Below are positions 1 through 8,384 of a DNA stretch of 61,007 nt, piece after piece. The DNA lies in the NCBI GenBank assembly GCA_964639105.1, contig CAZXBW010000001.1, forward strand, positions 1-61,007, written 5' to 3'. The notes under the pieces are model-generated. The model had not been told where the DNA came from. It saw only the letters and a program-made list of their open reading frames with translations, and searched no databases. Numbering within the stretch: position 1 is the first letter of the stretch; every line of letters starts with the position of its first letter. Made by a program: the position numbers and the translations under genes. Source of the DNA: an uncultured Nitrososphaerota archaeon. GTDB lineage: Archaea > Thermoproteota > EX4484-205 > JAAOZO01.

Positions 1-318
1 GTTGTAAATAGTCTGCTAGAAAAGAAACTGGGAGAGAATGCGTATGTACTGCATGTGAGGATATATCCTCACATAATCACGCGCGAACACAGACTGCTCG
101 GACAGGCTGGTGCAGATAGGATCAGCCAAGGAATGGTCAGGGCATTCGGGAAACCGACAGGTAGGAAGGCCAAACTTGGGAAAGGACAGACCATAATGGA
201 AGTTTTCGCCAACCATGAGAATGAGAATGTGGTGAAGGCAGCCCTCGCGGCTGGTTTGTACAAGCTGCCCATCAAGTGCTCCTTGGAGGTCATAACGCGT
301 GCAGGAGACGAAAAATAG
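1..318 (+). CDS. rpl10e: Ribosomal protein uL16 (L10e), C-terminal part; 5' end outside window
   Basis: Frame 1 is open from base 1. Translation RIYPHIITREHRLLGQAGADRISQGMVRAFGKPTG matches the conserved L10e core. Confidence 0.85.
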   Translation, partial: VVNSLLEKKLGENAYVLHVRIYPHIITREHRLLGQAGADRISQGMVRAFGKPTGRKAKLGKGQTIMEVFANHENENVVKAALAAGLYKLPIKCSLEVITRAGDEK

Positions 319-871
319 GGAAATCGCGATACCCGGAGATACAATAGGCACGATAGAAGAGGGCGATCCGGGGAAGGGAACGTACGAAGACCAAGGAAAA
401 ATCAACTCTATGTTCACTGGACGGATGCGATTCGACCGGAAGAATAAGATCTTCCAAGTAGATCCATTGACTCAGAGCCCATCATTTCCCCGGGAAGGGG
501 AGGAAGTCATTGCTAGAGTAATGGCCGTTCAGAACTCGCTCGCAACCTTGGAGATAGTGAAGGCAAGTGACAGAGTACTGGGTAGAACATTCACCGGTCT
601 GCTCCATCACTCACGAGCCGGTAGGATCGTGGGATCTAGACTCAAGAAGTATCTCAGGCCCGGAGACATCGTGCGGGTCAAGGTCGTCTACGACAAGAAC
701 CTGATTCACGTGAGCATGGTAGGGCAGAGATTTGGTGCCGTGCAGGCCTATTGCTCGAGGTGTGGAGGCAAGCTCGAAAGGAAAGGAGCCAGGAACTTAC
801 TGTATTGCGTAGATTGCGGCTGGAGGGACACGAGATTGACGTCGTCTGACTATGGAACCCTCAAGTGGTGA
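299..871 (+). CDS. csl4: Exosome complex RNA-binding subunit Csl4
   Basis: N-terminal IPGDTIG..EEGDPGKGTY, a central S1-like segment and a C-terminal zinc ribbon (CSRCGG...YCVDCGW). GTG start overlaps the end of rpl10e. Confidence 0.8.
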   Translation: MQETKNREIAIPGDTIGTIEEGDPGKGTYEDQGKINSMFTGRMRFDRKNKIFQVDPLTQSPSFPREGEEVIARVMAVQNSLATLEIVKASDRVLGRTFTGLLHHSRAGRIVGSRLKKYLRPGDIVRVKVVYDKNLIHVSMVGQRFGAVQAYCSRCGGKLERKGARNLLYCVDCGWRDTRLTSSDYGTLKW

Positions 872-934
872 GCGAAGACGATAACGAAGATCAACAAGAT
901 AGGAGAAGACGAGGTCGAGATAGTATTCGACGAC

Positions 935-1150
935 GTGTCGACAACTTTCGTTGATCCCCTCGTCGATCGCATATTGCAGGAGGACACCACTGCCGCTGCG
1001 TCTTATGTTGTGGAGCACTACATCAAAGGGCCACTCAGGATGATGGTCAGGAGTTCGAAGGGCGACCCAGAAGAACTCGTTAGGAAAGCGGTGGATCAAC
1101 TCACTTTAGACATCGACAGGGTCAAACTCGACCTTGAGAAGAGCAAGTAA
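935..1150 (+). CDS. rpoL: RNA polymerase subunit Rpo11 (RpoL); true start uncertain
   Basis: ASYVVEHYIKGPLRMMVRSSKGDPEELVRKAVDQL resembles RpoL. The first canonical start in frame is GTG 935, but RpoL-like sequence (KINKIGEDEVEIVFDD) continues upstream to base 872 in the same frame as csl4. Confidence 0.65.
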   Translation: MSTTFVDPLVDRILQEDTTAAASYVVEHYIKGPLRMMVRSSKGDPEELVRKAVDQLTLDIDRVKLDLEKSK

Positions 1151-1562
1151 GAAGTCGACTGGATCCATTGAACTCTTCATCCCGGGAAGGATATTGCAGA
1201 ACGTTTCGTCATACAGTGGTCTGAGGGAAATAGCAGAAAGCAGAGATCTCGCGAAGTTGGGAGATGCATTGCTTGGTCTATTGAATGTAGTCGGAATAGA
1301 GGCTGGCTACCTGAAGGACGAATCAAGGGTTACAAACGAGATGCTCAGGAGAGTTACGACACGCACTGGGCTCAGGACTGAACTACACAAGAGGATGAAC
1401 AAACGAGCCTTGGGGGATGCGATTGAGGCACTGACTGCATATTGGTTCGTCCGAGGTGATTTGTCTTGGGCTAGCATGATCGAGGAGATGAGGAACGGCG
1501 CAGAACTGGAAGATGCTCTAGTGAGATCTATTCTGCTCATCAGGGGAGGTGCTGAATCTTGA
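1134..1562 (+). CDS. RNase III-like domain protein (hypothetical)
   Basis: Two RNase III-type signatures: LAKLGDALLGLL and ALGDAIEALTAYW. Overlaps the rpoL end and the DUF99 start, so it is probably co-transcribed. Start codon (TTG 1134) is uncertain. Confidence 0.4.
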   Translation: MRRASKKSTGSIELFIPGRILQNVSSYSGLREIAESRDLAKLGDALLGLLNVVGIEAGYLKDESRVTNEMLRRVTTRTGLRTELHKRMNKRALGDAIEALTAYWFVRGDLSWASMIEEMRNGAELEDALVRSILLIRGGAES

Positions 1563-2125
1563 AGAGACAAGTCAGAATCCTAGGAGTGGACGACTCACCC
1601 TTTGAATTCAGGAAAAGTAAGACAACCTGGCTGGTCGGAGCGGTCTATCGAGGCAACCTCTGGATGGAGGGTATCATGGTTGATGTGATAGATGTGGACG
1701 GAATGAATGCGACCGATGTGATCAGAAGAATGATCGTCAACCCCAAATTCTCGTCACAGATCAGGGTCGTATTCCTAGACGGGATAACCTTCGGCGGCTT
1801 CAATCTCGTAGATATGGATGAGTTGTACCGAAAGACAGGCGTTCCAGTAGTCAGCATTGTGGAGAGAATGCCGAACATCGATCGCATCAAAAGGAGCATG
1901 CGATCACTCCCGGACTTCGAGAGGAGACTTGAGATAGTGTCCAGAGCCGACCAGCCCAACAAAGTCAAGCTCAAGGGGACAGACAAATCGCTATTCATTC
2001 AGAGCAGAGGCATCGATCGAGATGAGTTGACGCGCGTACTTGAATCCTCGAGGAAGGCGGGGACAGTTCCAGAGGCCCTCAGAGCAGCTCGGATGATAGC
2101 ATCCGCGTTGCTAGGAAATCGGTAA
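1559..2125 (+). CDS. DUF99/UPF0215 family protein (endonuclease V-like fold)
   Basis: N-terminal ILGVDDSPF motif and a length typical of the archaeal UPF0215 family. 4-nt overlap with the upstream gene. Confidence 0.7.
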   Translation: MKRQVRILGVDDSPFEFRKSKTTWLVGAVYRGNLWMEGIMVDVIDVDGMNATDVIRRMIVNPKFSSQIRVVFLDGITFGGFNLVDMDELYRKTGVPVVSIVERMPNIDRIKRSMRSLPDFERRLEIVSRADQPNKVKLKGTDKSLFIQSRGIDRDELTRVLESSRKAGTVPEALRAARMIASALLGNR

Positions 2126-2171
2126 CTAAACTTTATTAGCGCCCACCTTGCCCACACTCGATTCCTGAACG

Positions 2172-2507
2172 ATGGGGGTCATCAAATTCTGCCCGAAGTG
2201 CGGCACTAAGATGATTCAGGATCGTTCTGCTAAGCGACCCCAGTTCATATGCCCGAAATGCAAGTACAAGGAAGCAGCAAAAGATGTGAAGATCCCCGTG
2301 GTCAGGGGCAGGAGAAAAGCGGCGGTTCGAATTGTGGGAGAGGATAGTGAGAGCTTGAAGCCCATGCCGACCAGCGATGCCGTGTGCCCCGCCTGTGGAA
2401 ATACCAAGGCATACTGGTGGCTCATACAGACTCGGGGAGCGGATGAGTCACCCACCCAGTTCTTCCGTTGCACGAAGTGTGGCCACACGTGGAGAGTATA
2501 CAGCTAG
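2172..2507 (+). CDS. tfs: Transcription factor S (TFS / RpoM-like)
   Basis: N-terminal Zn ribbon FCPKCGT...CPKC. C-terminal TFIIS-type ribbon CPACGN..AYWWLIQTRGADESPTQFFRCTKCGHTWR with the acidic hairpin. Confidence 0.85.
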   Translation: MGVIKFCPKCGTKMIQDRSAKRPQFICPKCKYKEAAKDVKIPVVRGRRKAAVRIVGEDSESLKPMPTSDAVCPACGNTKAYWWLIQTRGADESPTQFFRCTKCGHTWRVYS

Positions 2508-2517
2508 GTCGGAAATG

Positions 2518-3282
2518 TCAGCTTTCCATCAGTGAAGCTAGATAGTAGTTCAGAATCACTCCTTCACGTATCTCCGCCACGATTTTCAGTGGAAGATCCT
2601 TGCCGAAGTAGAAGGTAACCTCCGCTTTAGGTTGAAATGATGCGATCAACAAGGAGAGCCTTCCGATATCGTACCTGGATGAAACTCCGTCTTCCAGAGT
2701 CGAGTCTCCGAGAGATCCCTTCTCGCGCATTAGCGTAACCTCTAGGGATCTTTTCTCCTCTGATCGGGCGATGAGTTTCAGATCTTTACCGACAACCGAG
2801 AGCTCTATTCTGTCAGTTACCCCCTTGCCAAGATCTACTATCTGCCTCAGGTATTTGATGTCGGCTTTGAAATTGGAGGTGTAGTTTATCTTAGGCAAGG
2901 AGAGTTCCTTTCCCTCCGGTTTGAACACCGCGAGATCTGCTTTTCTCATAACCTCGGCCTCAGATGCCATTACCAGAGTGCCGCGCCTGAAGTCGAGGCT
3001 AACCGCGTCGTTGCCGACTAGTCTGAGGAATTTCATCATCTCTGCGGCCTTTAGGACGTATGTGTCCGACTTGTCGACCTTGAATTCGGCTGCAGCTGCA
3101 GGTGGAATGGTTATGTCTACCATGGAAACCTCAGATAGATCAAGCGCCCTAAGCGAAATGCCATCTGGGGTTACCTTGACGGGGATTTCGTCTGTGACGG
3201 CCGAAGCCGCCCTTATCGAGTCATAGAGGAGAGAAGCATCCTTCATGGTCACCTTTGCGTAAGATTCGGTCTCTTCTGACAT
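2518..3282 (-). CDS. pcn: DNA polymerase sliding clamp PCNA
   Basis: About 250 aa with a PCNA-like pattern throughout (LYDSIRAASAVTDEIPVKVTPDGISLRALD ... FGKDLPLKIVAEI). ATG at 3282 preferred over the upstream GTG at 3306. Confidence 0.85.
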   Translation of the reverse strand: MSEETESYAKVTMKDASLLYDSIRAASAVTDEIPVKVTPDGISLRALDLSEVSMVDITIPPAAAAEFKVDKSDTYVLKAAEMMKFLRLVGNDAVSLDFRRGTLVMASEAEVMRKADLAVFKPEGKELSLPKINYTSNFKADIKYLRQIVDLGKGVTDRIELSVVGKDLKLIARSEEKRSLEVTLMREKGSLGDSTLEDGVSSRYDIGRLSLLIASFQPKAEVTFYFGKDLPLKIVAEIREGVILNYYLASLMES

Positions 3283-3351
3283 TCGAACGCCGTATATCGG
3301 TGTCACATATTAATTTAAGCTCCAATCGACCGAAGGTCAGCTGCGAAGCGA

Positions 3352-4353
3352 TTGAACCCCTTCTTCATGGCGAAGTACCCCTTTGTTCGTGACGCAAGGG
3401 AGTTCGTAGGGCAGCATTTTGACCTCAGTCTAGCTGAATTGCCTGAGTCAGAGAATCGTGAAGCGATAGAGAGAGGATTTCAGAGGGTCTACCAGGCCAT
3501 CAGACGCAAGAAGATACCGTTTGACACGCAGAACATGATCCGATATGATACGGAGGTTGTGTCATTCCCGGTAGCTGTCATGTTAGTTGCCCTCATAAAT
3601 GATGACATGCTCAGGAACATGTACGCAACTGCTGAGGCCAAACGCTGTTCGGAGTTGATGGCACAGGACAGGACAGATATTCCTCGGATTGCAGAAGAGC
3701 TAGAATTCCATTTCCGAGTTCCAGCAGGGGGGGATGAACAGAACCTGCTGGCCATCCGGCTGGTCGACTACCTGTCCTTCTCCCCGCAATTGTGGGGGGA
3801 GAAATGGAGGCTAGCGAACAGGGCGGTCGACAAGGGAGAGGTCCTCGTGACGGATCACGAGCTTGCCAGAATTCTTGAGGAGAAAATCAAGAGAATTATC
3901 TTGGAGAGAACGAGAACGGATGTCAGCGACATCAAACTTCCAGCTTTACTGGCCGAGAAGAGGGTCGAGTTGGCCGACGTTTGGGGGGAGTACAAGGCTG
4001 CTATTCAGCCTGAAGCTCGTCTAGAACCTCATGACATACCTCCGTGTATGGATAGGCTCAAGCAAAGGATGATGAAGGGTGAGAATCTGTCTCACGTCGA
4101 GAGAAGAACGCTTGTATCCTATCTCGCGGCGGTTGAATGGACCGAAGAGGAGATGATGTCCCTGCTTAGACATAGTCCAGATTTCAACGAGCGAATAGCA
4201 AAATACCAGCTAGAGCATATCACCGGAAGAAGAGGAAAAGGAAAGAGGTACTTGCCTCCATCGTGTGCGACAATGAAGATGTACGGCCTGTGTTATCCTG
4301 ACAAATGGTGTAATCGCATAAGGCATCCGCTCAGGTACAGGCGAAGGACATGA
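3352..4353 (+). CDS. priL: DNA primase large subunit PriL
   Basis: HDIPPCMDRLK...GENLSHVERRTLVSYL and a C-terminal Cys cluster (PPSCATMKMYGLCYPDKWC) as in the PriL Fe-S domain. Stop overlaps the priS start. An alternative ATG start lies at 3367. Confidence 0.85.
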   Translation: MNPFFMAKYPFVRDAREFVGQHFDLSLAELPESENREAIERGFQRVYQAIRRKKIPFDTQNMIRYDTEVVSFPVAVMLVALINDDMLRNMYATAEAKRCSELMAQDRTDIPRIAEELEFHFRVPAGGDEQNLLAIRLVDYLSFSPQLWGEKWRLANRAVDKGEVLVTDHELARILEEKIKRIILERTRTDVSDIKLPALLAEKRVELADVWGEYKAAIQPEARLEPHDIPPCMDRLKQRMMKGENLSHVERRTLVSYLAAVEWTEEEMMSLLRHSPDFNERIAKYQLEHITGRRGKGKRYLPPSCATMKMYGLCYPDKWCNRIRHPLRYRRRT

Positions 4354-5546
4354 GGGAGCAAGACGTCCGCTTCTTACGTTCGGTCTTCGCAGAGTATTAC
4401 TCGAAACACTCTGAGGCAGTGTATGTTCCTCCTCCAGTGAACAGCAGGGAGGTAGGGTTCGCTGTCTGGCCAGACAGGGTAATGGTTAGGCATATGAGCT
4501 TTAGGTCCCTGACTGATATGAGAGAGTACGTCCTCAATGACCCGCCCGCGGACGCATATCACTCCTGTGCTGTGTATGAATCCCCGGAAAAGCCTATGGA
4601 ATACAAGAACGCACTATGGGCCGATCTTGCCTTCGATGTTGATGCAAAGGACGTGCAGCCAGATTGCATCGAAGAGATGACTTACTCGATATGCCCAAAG
4701 TGTGGAGCACACAGAAAAGGAAACAAGAAAAAGTGTCCGAATTGCTCGGAAGAGAGCCATATTGTCGAGTTCATGAGTTCTAAGTGCATTGCGTCCACTG
4801 CCCACCAGACGAGGAGACTAAACTCAGCTCTGATAGACGAGTTGGGAATAGAGGAAGGAGACATAGCCGTATACTTCAGCGGACACATGGGATTCCATGT
4901 GTACGTGACCTCAAAGGCAATCGGTGAGCTTGGGCCGGACGCCAGAAGAGAGATTACAAGCTACTTGTCCCTTGAAGGAGCGGCGGATAGCTATTCGCCT
5001 GGTAAGTCGGCCAACTTGAGAACCATAAGGGCAGGAGGGGTCGGCCGGAGACTCCAAGAGGAGATTCTAGACATTGTGAATAACGCCGGCCAACACAATG
5101 ACATCTTGGAGGACGAGGGTGTACTTCTCTTGAAGGAGAACAAGCAGAGGATCCTGTCAGCATTTAACAAGGGGAGAACTGAAGACATCGTTGTGTTACT
5201 GGGCGTTAAGAAGGCAAGGAAGTTACTAAGACGAGCTTGGCAGAGAGCGGCCATTGTTGTGGACCCCTCTGTAACGATGGACATCCATAGGATATTTAGA
5301 ATGCCTGGAACTCTTAATAGCAAAAGTGGGCTGCCAAAGCAGCGAGTGCCATTGGACAAGATCGACGCGGACGTCCTATCGCTCGTGCCCGAGTATGGAC
5401 GAGCGGAGGTCCAGATTTCTGCATCCTTCGTCCCCGAAATGGAAATTGGCGACTACAAGGTTGGGCCCTTATCGAACGAGACCGTGAGTGTTCCGAGATA
5501 CATAGCGGCATACCTCATGCTGAAGGGGGTGGCCTCTGTTGACTGA
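4350..5546 (+). CDS. priS: DNA primase small (catalytic) subunit PriS
   Basis: DLAFDVDAKD catalytic motif, SGHMGFHVYV, RIFRMPGTLNSKSG, and a Zn knuckle CPKCG...CPNC. Confidence 0.9.
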   Translation: MREQDVRFLRSVFAEYYSKHSEAVYVPPPVNSREVGFAVWPDRVMVRHMSFRSLTDMREYVLNDPPADAYHSCAVYESPEKPMEYKNALWADLAFDVDAKDVQPDCIEEMTYSICPKCGAHRKGNKKKCPNCSEESHIVEFMSSKCIASTAHQTRRLNSALIDELGIEEGDIAVYFSGHMGFHVYVTSKAIGELGPDARREITSYLSLEGAADSYSPGKSANLRTIRAGGVGRRLQEEILDIVNNAGQHNDILEDEGVLLLKENKQRILSAFNKGRTEDIVVLLGVKKARKLLRRAWQRAAIVVDPSVTMDIHRIFRMPGTLNSKSGLPKQRVPLDKIDADVLSLVPEYGRAEVQISASFVPEMEIGDYKVGPLSNETVSVPRYIAAYLMLKGVASVD

Positions 5547-6093
5547 AGCTGCCGAAGAGTTGGTAGAAGCTTGGAGGAAAGAGAGGGAGAGCGAAGATCT
5601 GTCCGATCTCGCCTCAGACTCAATGGACAAGATTAGGTCCGCATTGAGAAAAGCGAGGGAATCGAACTACGGTAGAGATCGCTCTGGGTCGACGGGGAAA
5701 CTACGTACGACGGAGATGGAACTCGTCAAGTTCGTATCCACTGACATAGTATACTGCAGAACGCTCAAGACACTTCTGAGGGAGCAAGAGGACGGGAGAG
5801 TATACAGTTCTCCAGATCGACACATTCTTGTCCCTATCACAGAGACAAAGAAGATAGTGCAGGACACCCTAGAGGGGTTGGAGAGGGGACATACTGCCAC
5901 AGTCCAGACCCCGTTCAGAGCGTGGGCAGCTGAAGAAATCATAGTGACGAAGGCTGAGAAGGTGGACCAGTTCGTGGATGAATGGGGAAAGAAGCATGGG
6001 CCCTACCATCAGCGAGAAATCGTTGTGTTACCGAAAAAATACGCGGAAATTCTTATAAGCCAGGGTCTCGCGTCGAGGATTTCGCCACACTAG
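5539..6093 (+). CDS. GINS-like protein (Gins51/Gins15 type), tentative
   Basis: Overlaps the priS stop, the known archaeal priS-gins15 linkage. Helical N-terminal half plus a small C-terminal domain. No sharp motif, so the call rests mainly on context. Confidence 0.45.
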   Translation: MTEAAEELVEAWRKERESEDLSDLASDSMDKIRSALRKARESNYGRDRSGSTGKLRTTEMELVKFVSTDIVYCRTLKTLLREQEDGRVYSSPDRHILVPITETKKIVQDTLEGLERGHTATVQTPFRAWAAEEIIVTKAEKVDQFVDEWGKKHGPYHQREIVVLPKKYAEILISQGLASRISPH

Positions 6094-6108
6094 CTCTGGT
6101 GAACCGAA

Positions 6109-6396
6109 GTGAAGATACCGCCTGAGATAAGGGCCTATTGCCCAAAATGCGACAAATACACTGTCCATTCTGTTTCACTCTACAAGACAGGAAAGAGAAG
6201 AGCGATGGCCAGGGGTGAAAGACACCACGAGCGTGTGGACAGACATGGATACGGTGGATCTAAGGCACCGCTCGCCACGAGAAACATCGCCAAGACCACC
6301 AAGAAGCAGAGCCTCAGGTTGAAATGCAAGACATGTGGGACCTTTGTGATCAGAGAAGGCATTAGGTTGAAGAAACTAGAGGTGAAAGCAGCTTGA
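6109..6396 (+). CDS. rpl44e: Ribosomal protein eL42 (L44e)
   Basis: [11 protein letters not shown]...[23 protein letters not shown]...LRLKCKTCG matches L44e. Confidence 0.9.
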   Translation: MKIPPEIRAYCPKCDKYTVHSVSLYKTGKRRAMARGERHHERVDRHGYGGSKAPLATRNIAKTTKKQSLRLKCKTCGTFVIREGIRLKKLEVKAA

Positions 6397-6596
6397 GTGA
6401 AAATTCGCGCCGAACCATGAGGACATCCAACAGTTCCTTCGGGATTATCAAGTGCAAGATGTGTGGGAACGAACAGCCTGTGTTCAGCAACCCCGCAATC
6501 GAGGTCAGATGCAACTCATGCAATGCCGTGCTACAAAAACCCACAGGAGGAAAGGGAAAGTTAATAGACGGGGAACTAGTCCGTAAGCTCGAATGA
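6393..6596 (+). CDS. rps27e: Ribosomal protein eS27 (S27e)
   Basis: [40 protein letters not shown] matches S27e. A TTG at 6393 overlaps the rpl44e stop; an alternative ATG lies at 6417. Confidence 0.9.
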   Translation: MSENSRRTMRTSNSSFGIIKCKMCGNEQPVFSNPAIEVRCNSCNAVLQKPTGGKGKLIDGELVRKLE

Positions 6597-7351
6597 GCGG
6601 GCGCCTGGACGGAGAACTCCTTGTAGCCGAAGTTACGGAGCTGGGCGAGTTTGGCGCAGTTCTGCGGTCTGAGGATTATGATGGCGAGCTCTTCTTACAC
6701 GTCTCAGAGATCCCCTTGAAAAGAGAACAAAAGTTGACTGATGCGATAAAGAAGAATCAGGTCGTTGTAGTCAAGCCATTGAAGGAGGACAAGGCTGCCA
6801 AGAGGCTGTTCGTTTCTCTGAAAGGGATCTCAAGGTCCGAAGCGAGAAACAGGTTGCGCGCAAGCAAAGATGAGAAAAGCGCCAAGGCAATACTCAGAGG
6901 AATAATCCAAGAGACAGGTCTCCCGACATCTGCGGAAGAGGAGATCGAAAGTCGAGCTGTCGAAAGGTTCGGATCCCTGAGTCTGGCCTTCAGGGCAATA
7001 CTAGAATCTGGCGACAAGGCGTTGACCAAGCTCCGTGTGCCGTCCCAGATCAGTAATGCCCTCAAGCGACAGCTTGAGTCCGAATTGTTGAAGAAGAGGT
7101 ACAGAGAAAAGCGTCACATAGAGATCTACTTCACGGGTCCAGACGGGGCTGAGAAACTCAGGAACTTAGGGAAGAAATACGTTGAGGACAAGAAGACTCG
7201 ATCTAGCATCACTATCAGGACCATATCGTCTCCTAGGTACGAGATCATAGTGGAGAGCAGGCGACCGAAAGAGGCCAAGACTGTTGCAGAAGAAGTGTTG
7301 GAGAAGATTGTGTCCGACGCAAAGGCTATGGGCGGTAACGTGAAGGTCTAG
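6593..7351 (+). CDS. eif2a: Translation initiation factor aIF2 alpha subunit
   Basis: N-terminal S1 domain ([18 protein letters not shown]...LHVSEI), matching overall length, and the conserved L44e-S27e-aIF2alpha gene order. Confidence 0.9.
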   Translation: MSGRLDGELLVAEVTELGEFGAVLRSEDYDGELFLHVSEIPLKREQKLTDAIKKNQVVVVKPLKEDKAAKRLFVSLKGISRSEARNRLRASKDEKSAKAILRGIIQETGLPTSAEEEIESRAVERFGSLSLAFRAILESGDKALTKLRVPSQISNALKRQLESELLKKRYREKRHIEIYFTGPDGAEKLRNLGKKYVEDKKTRSSITIRTISSPRYEIIVESRRPKEAKTVAEEVLEKIVSDAKAMGGNVKV

Positions 7352-7512
7352 CGATGTAGCTTTGGACCCCGCAGATAGGCCTCTAGCTTGATCGAGTAGT
7401 GAGGGTCGTGTAGCGCGAATTTTGGGGGCGATGGATCCCCTAGACTCCCCCCGCATTTTGGACACTTGTCCTCGCTGAGGGTGTAGCTCATACAAACAGT
7501 GCAGCGCTTCAT
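7348..7512 (-). CDS. nop10: H/ACA RNP protein Nop10 (54 aa, below the ORF-track length cutoff)
   Basis: Hand translation of the minus strand gives [54 protein letters not shown]. This has the Nop10 Zn ribbon (CxxC...CxxC) followed by PPKF. Its stop overlaps the aIF2alpha stop. Confidence 0.8.
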   Translation of the reverse strand: MKRCTVCMSYTLSEDKCPKCGGSLGDPSPPKFALHDPHYSIKLEAYLRGPKLHR

Positions 7513-7559
7513 GGCGGACAACCTTAATTACATCCTCCATAAATCGGTTTGCGAGCCCC

Positions 7560-8372
7560 ATGTTTTCAGGCGGGATAGATCCAAATGTGTACTATTTCAC
7601 GCGCCCAAGGATATGGATCAGGAAGAACTGGGTTGTGTCTAGACCCACTTTGATATCTGGGTACCCCGGTCTGGGAAGGATCGGGGAAGTTGTCCTACGG
7701 TTCTTGGTCAGAGAGTTGTCCGCGAAGAAGATCGGTATCGTGACATCACCGTATTTCAGTTCTCAAGCGATTGTCGGAAAGGACGGAATCGCACGGCTAA
7801 CAGCAGTGCGTCTATATCTGAAGCCCAGGCCAGAGGGAGACTTGGTTCTAGCCCTCGGGGAACAACATCAGGAGATGATGGGAGGGGAGTATGAAACGTG
7901 CCGGGTGTTGTTATCCTTCTTCAAGAAGGTCGGCGGAAGCAAAGTCATCACAGTAGGTGGTCACATGGAGCCACCGCGTGAGAACCTGAGAACCTATGTC
8001 TTCACGTCGGACGCCCGAATAGCAGCTCAGCTCAAGACCGACGGATTCACGATGGCTCCGGCCGGAACACCCATAGTAGGTGCGGCAGGAATAGCACTCG
8101 GCCTAAGCAGGTTGTTGGGTTTGGAGGGAGTTGGCGTACTTGGATTGACGAATAGCGAGGGTCCTGATCTAGAAGCGGCCAAACATGTCCTCATGAACGT
8201 TGATACATTGCTGAAATTAGGACTGAATTACTCCAAGTTCGAGGCCGAGTCCGACAGATGGAGGAGACTGCAAGAACAGTACCAGAAGGGGCTACATAGG
8301 CTTGAAGAAGATCAACGCTTCTCTCCTCTCCTGCAAGGTAGAGGAACAGAGGGACCTGACTACCTAGGGTAG
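7560..8372 (+). CDS. PAC2-family proteasome assembly chaperone-like protein (COG1938)
   Basis: LISGYPGLGRIGEVV near the N-terminus, and a position next to nop10 as in the conserved archaeal operon. Confidence 0.6.
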   Translation: MFSGGIDPNVYYFTRPRIWIRKNWVVSRPTLISGYPGLGRIGEVVLRFLVRELSAKKIGIVTSPYFSSQAIVGKDGIARLTAVRLYLKPRPEGDLVLALGEQHQEMMGGEYETCRVLLSFFKKVGGSKVITVGGHMEPPRENLRTYVFTSDARIAAQLKTDGFTMAPAGTPIVGAAGIALGLSRLLGLEGVGVLGLTNSEGPDLEAAKHVLMNVDTLLKLGLNYSKFEAESDRWRRLQEQYQKGLHRLEEDQRFSPLLQGRGTEGPDYLG

Positions 8373-8384
8373 GGACTATCTGCA

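Noticed and set aside
7166-7561. 131-aa minus-strand ORF spanning the eif2a 3' end and the following gap
   Set aside because: No recognisable motif, and it overlaps the well-supported aIF2alpha gene. The same region in another minus-strand frame encodes a clear Nop10, which explains the open frame.
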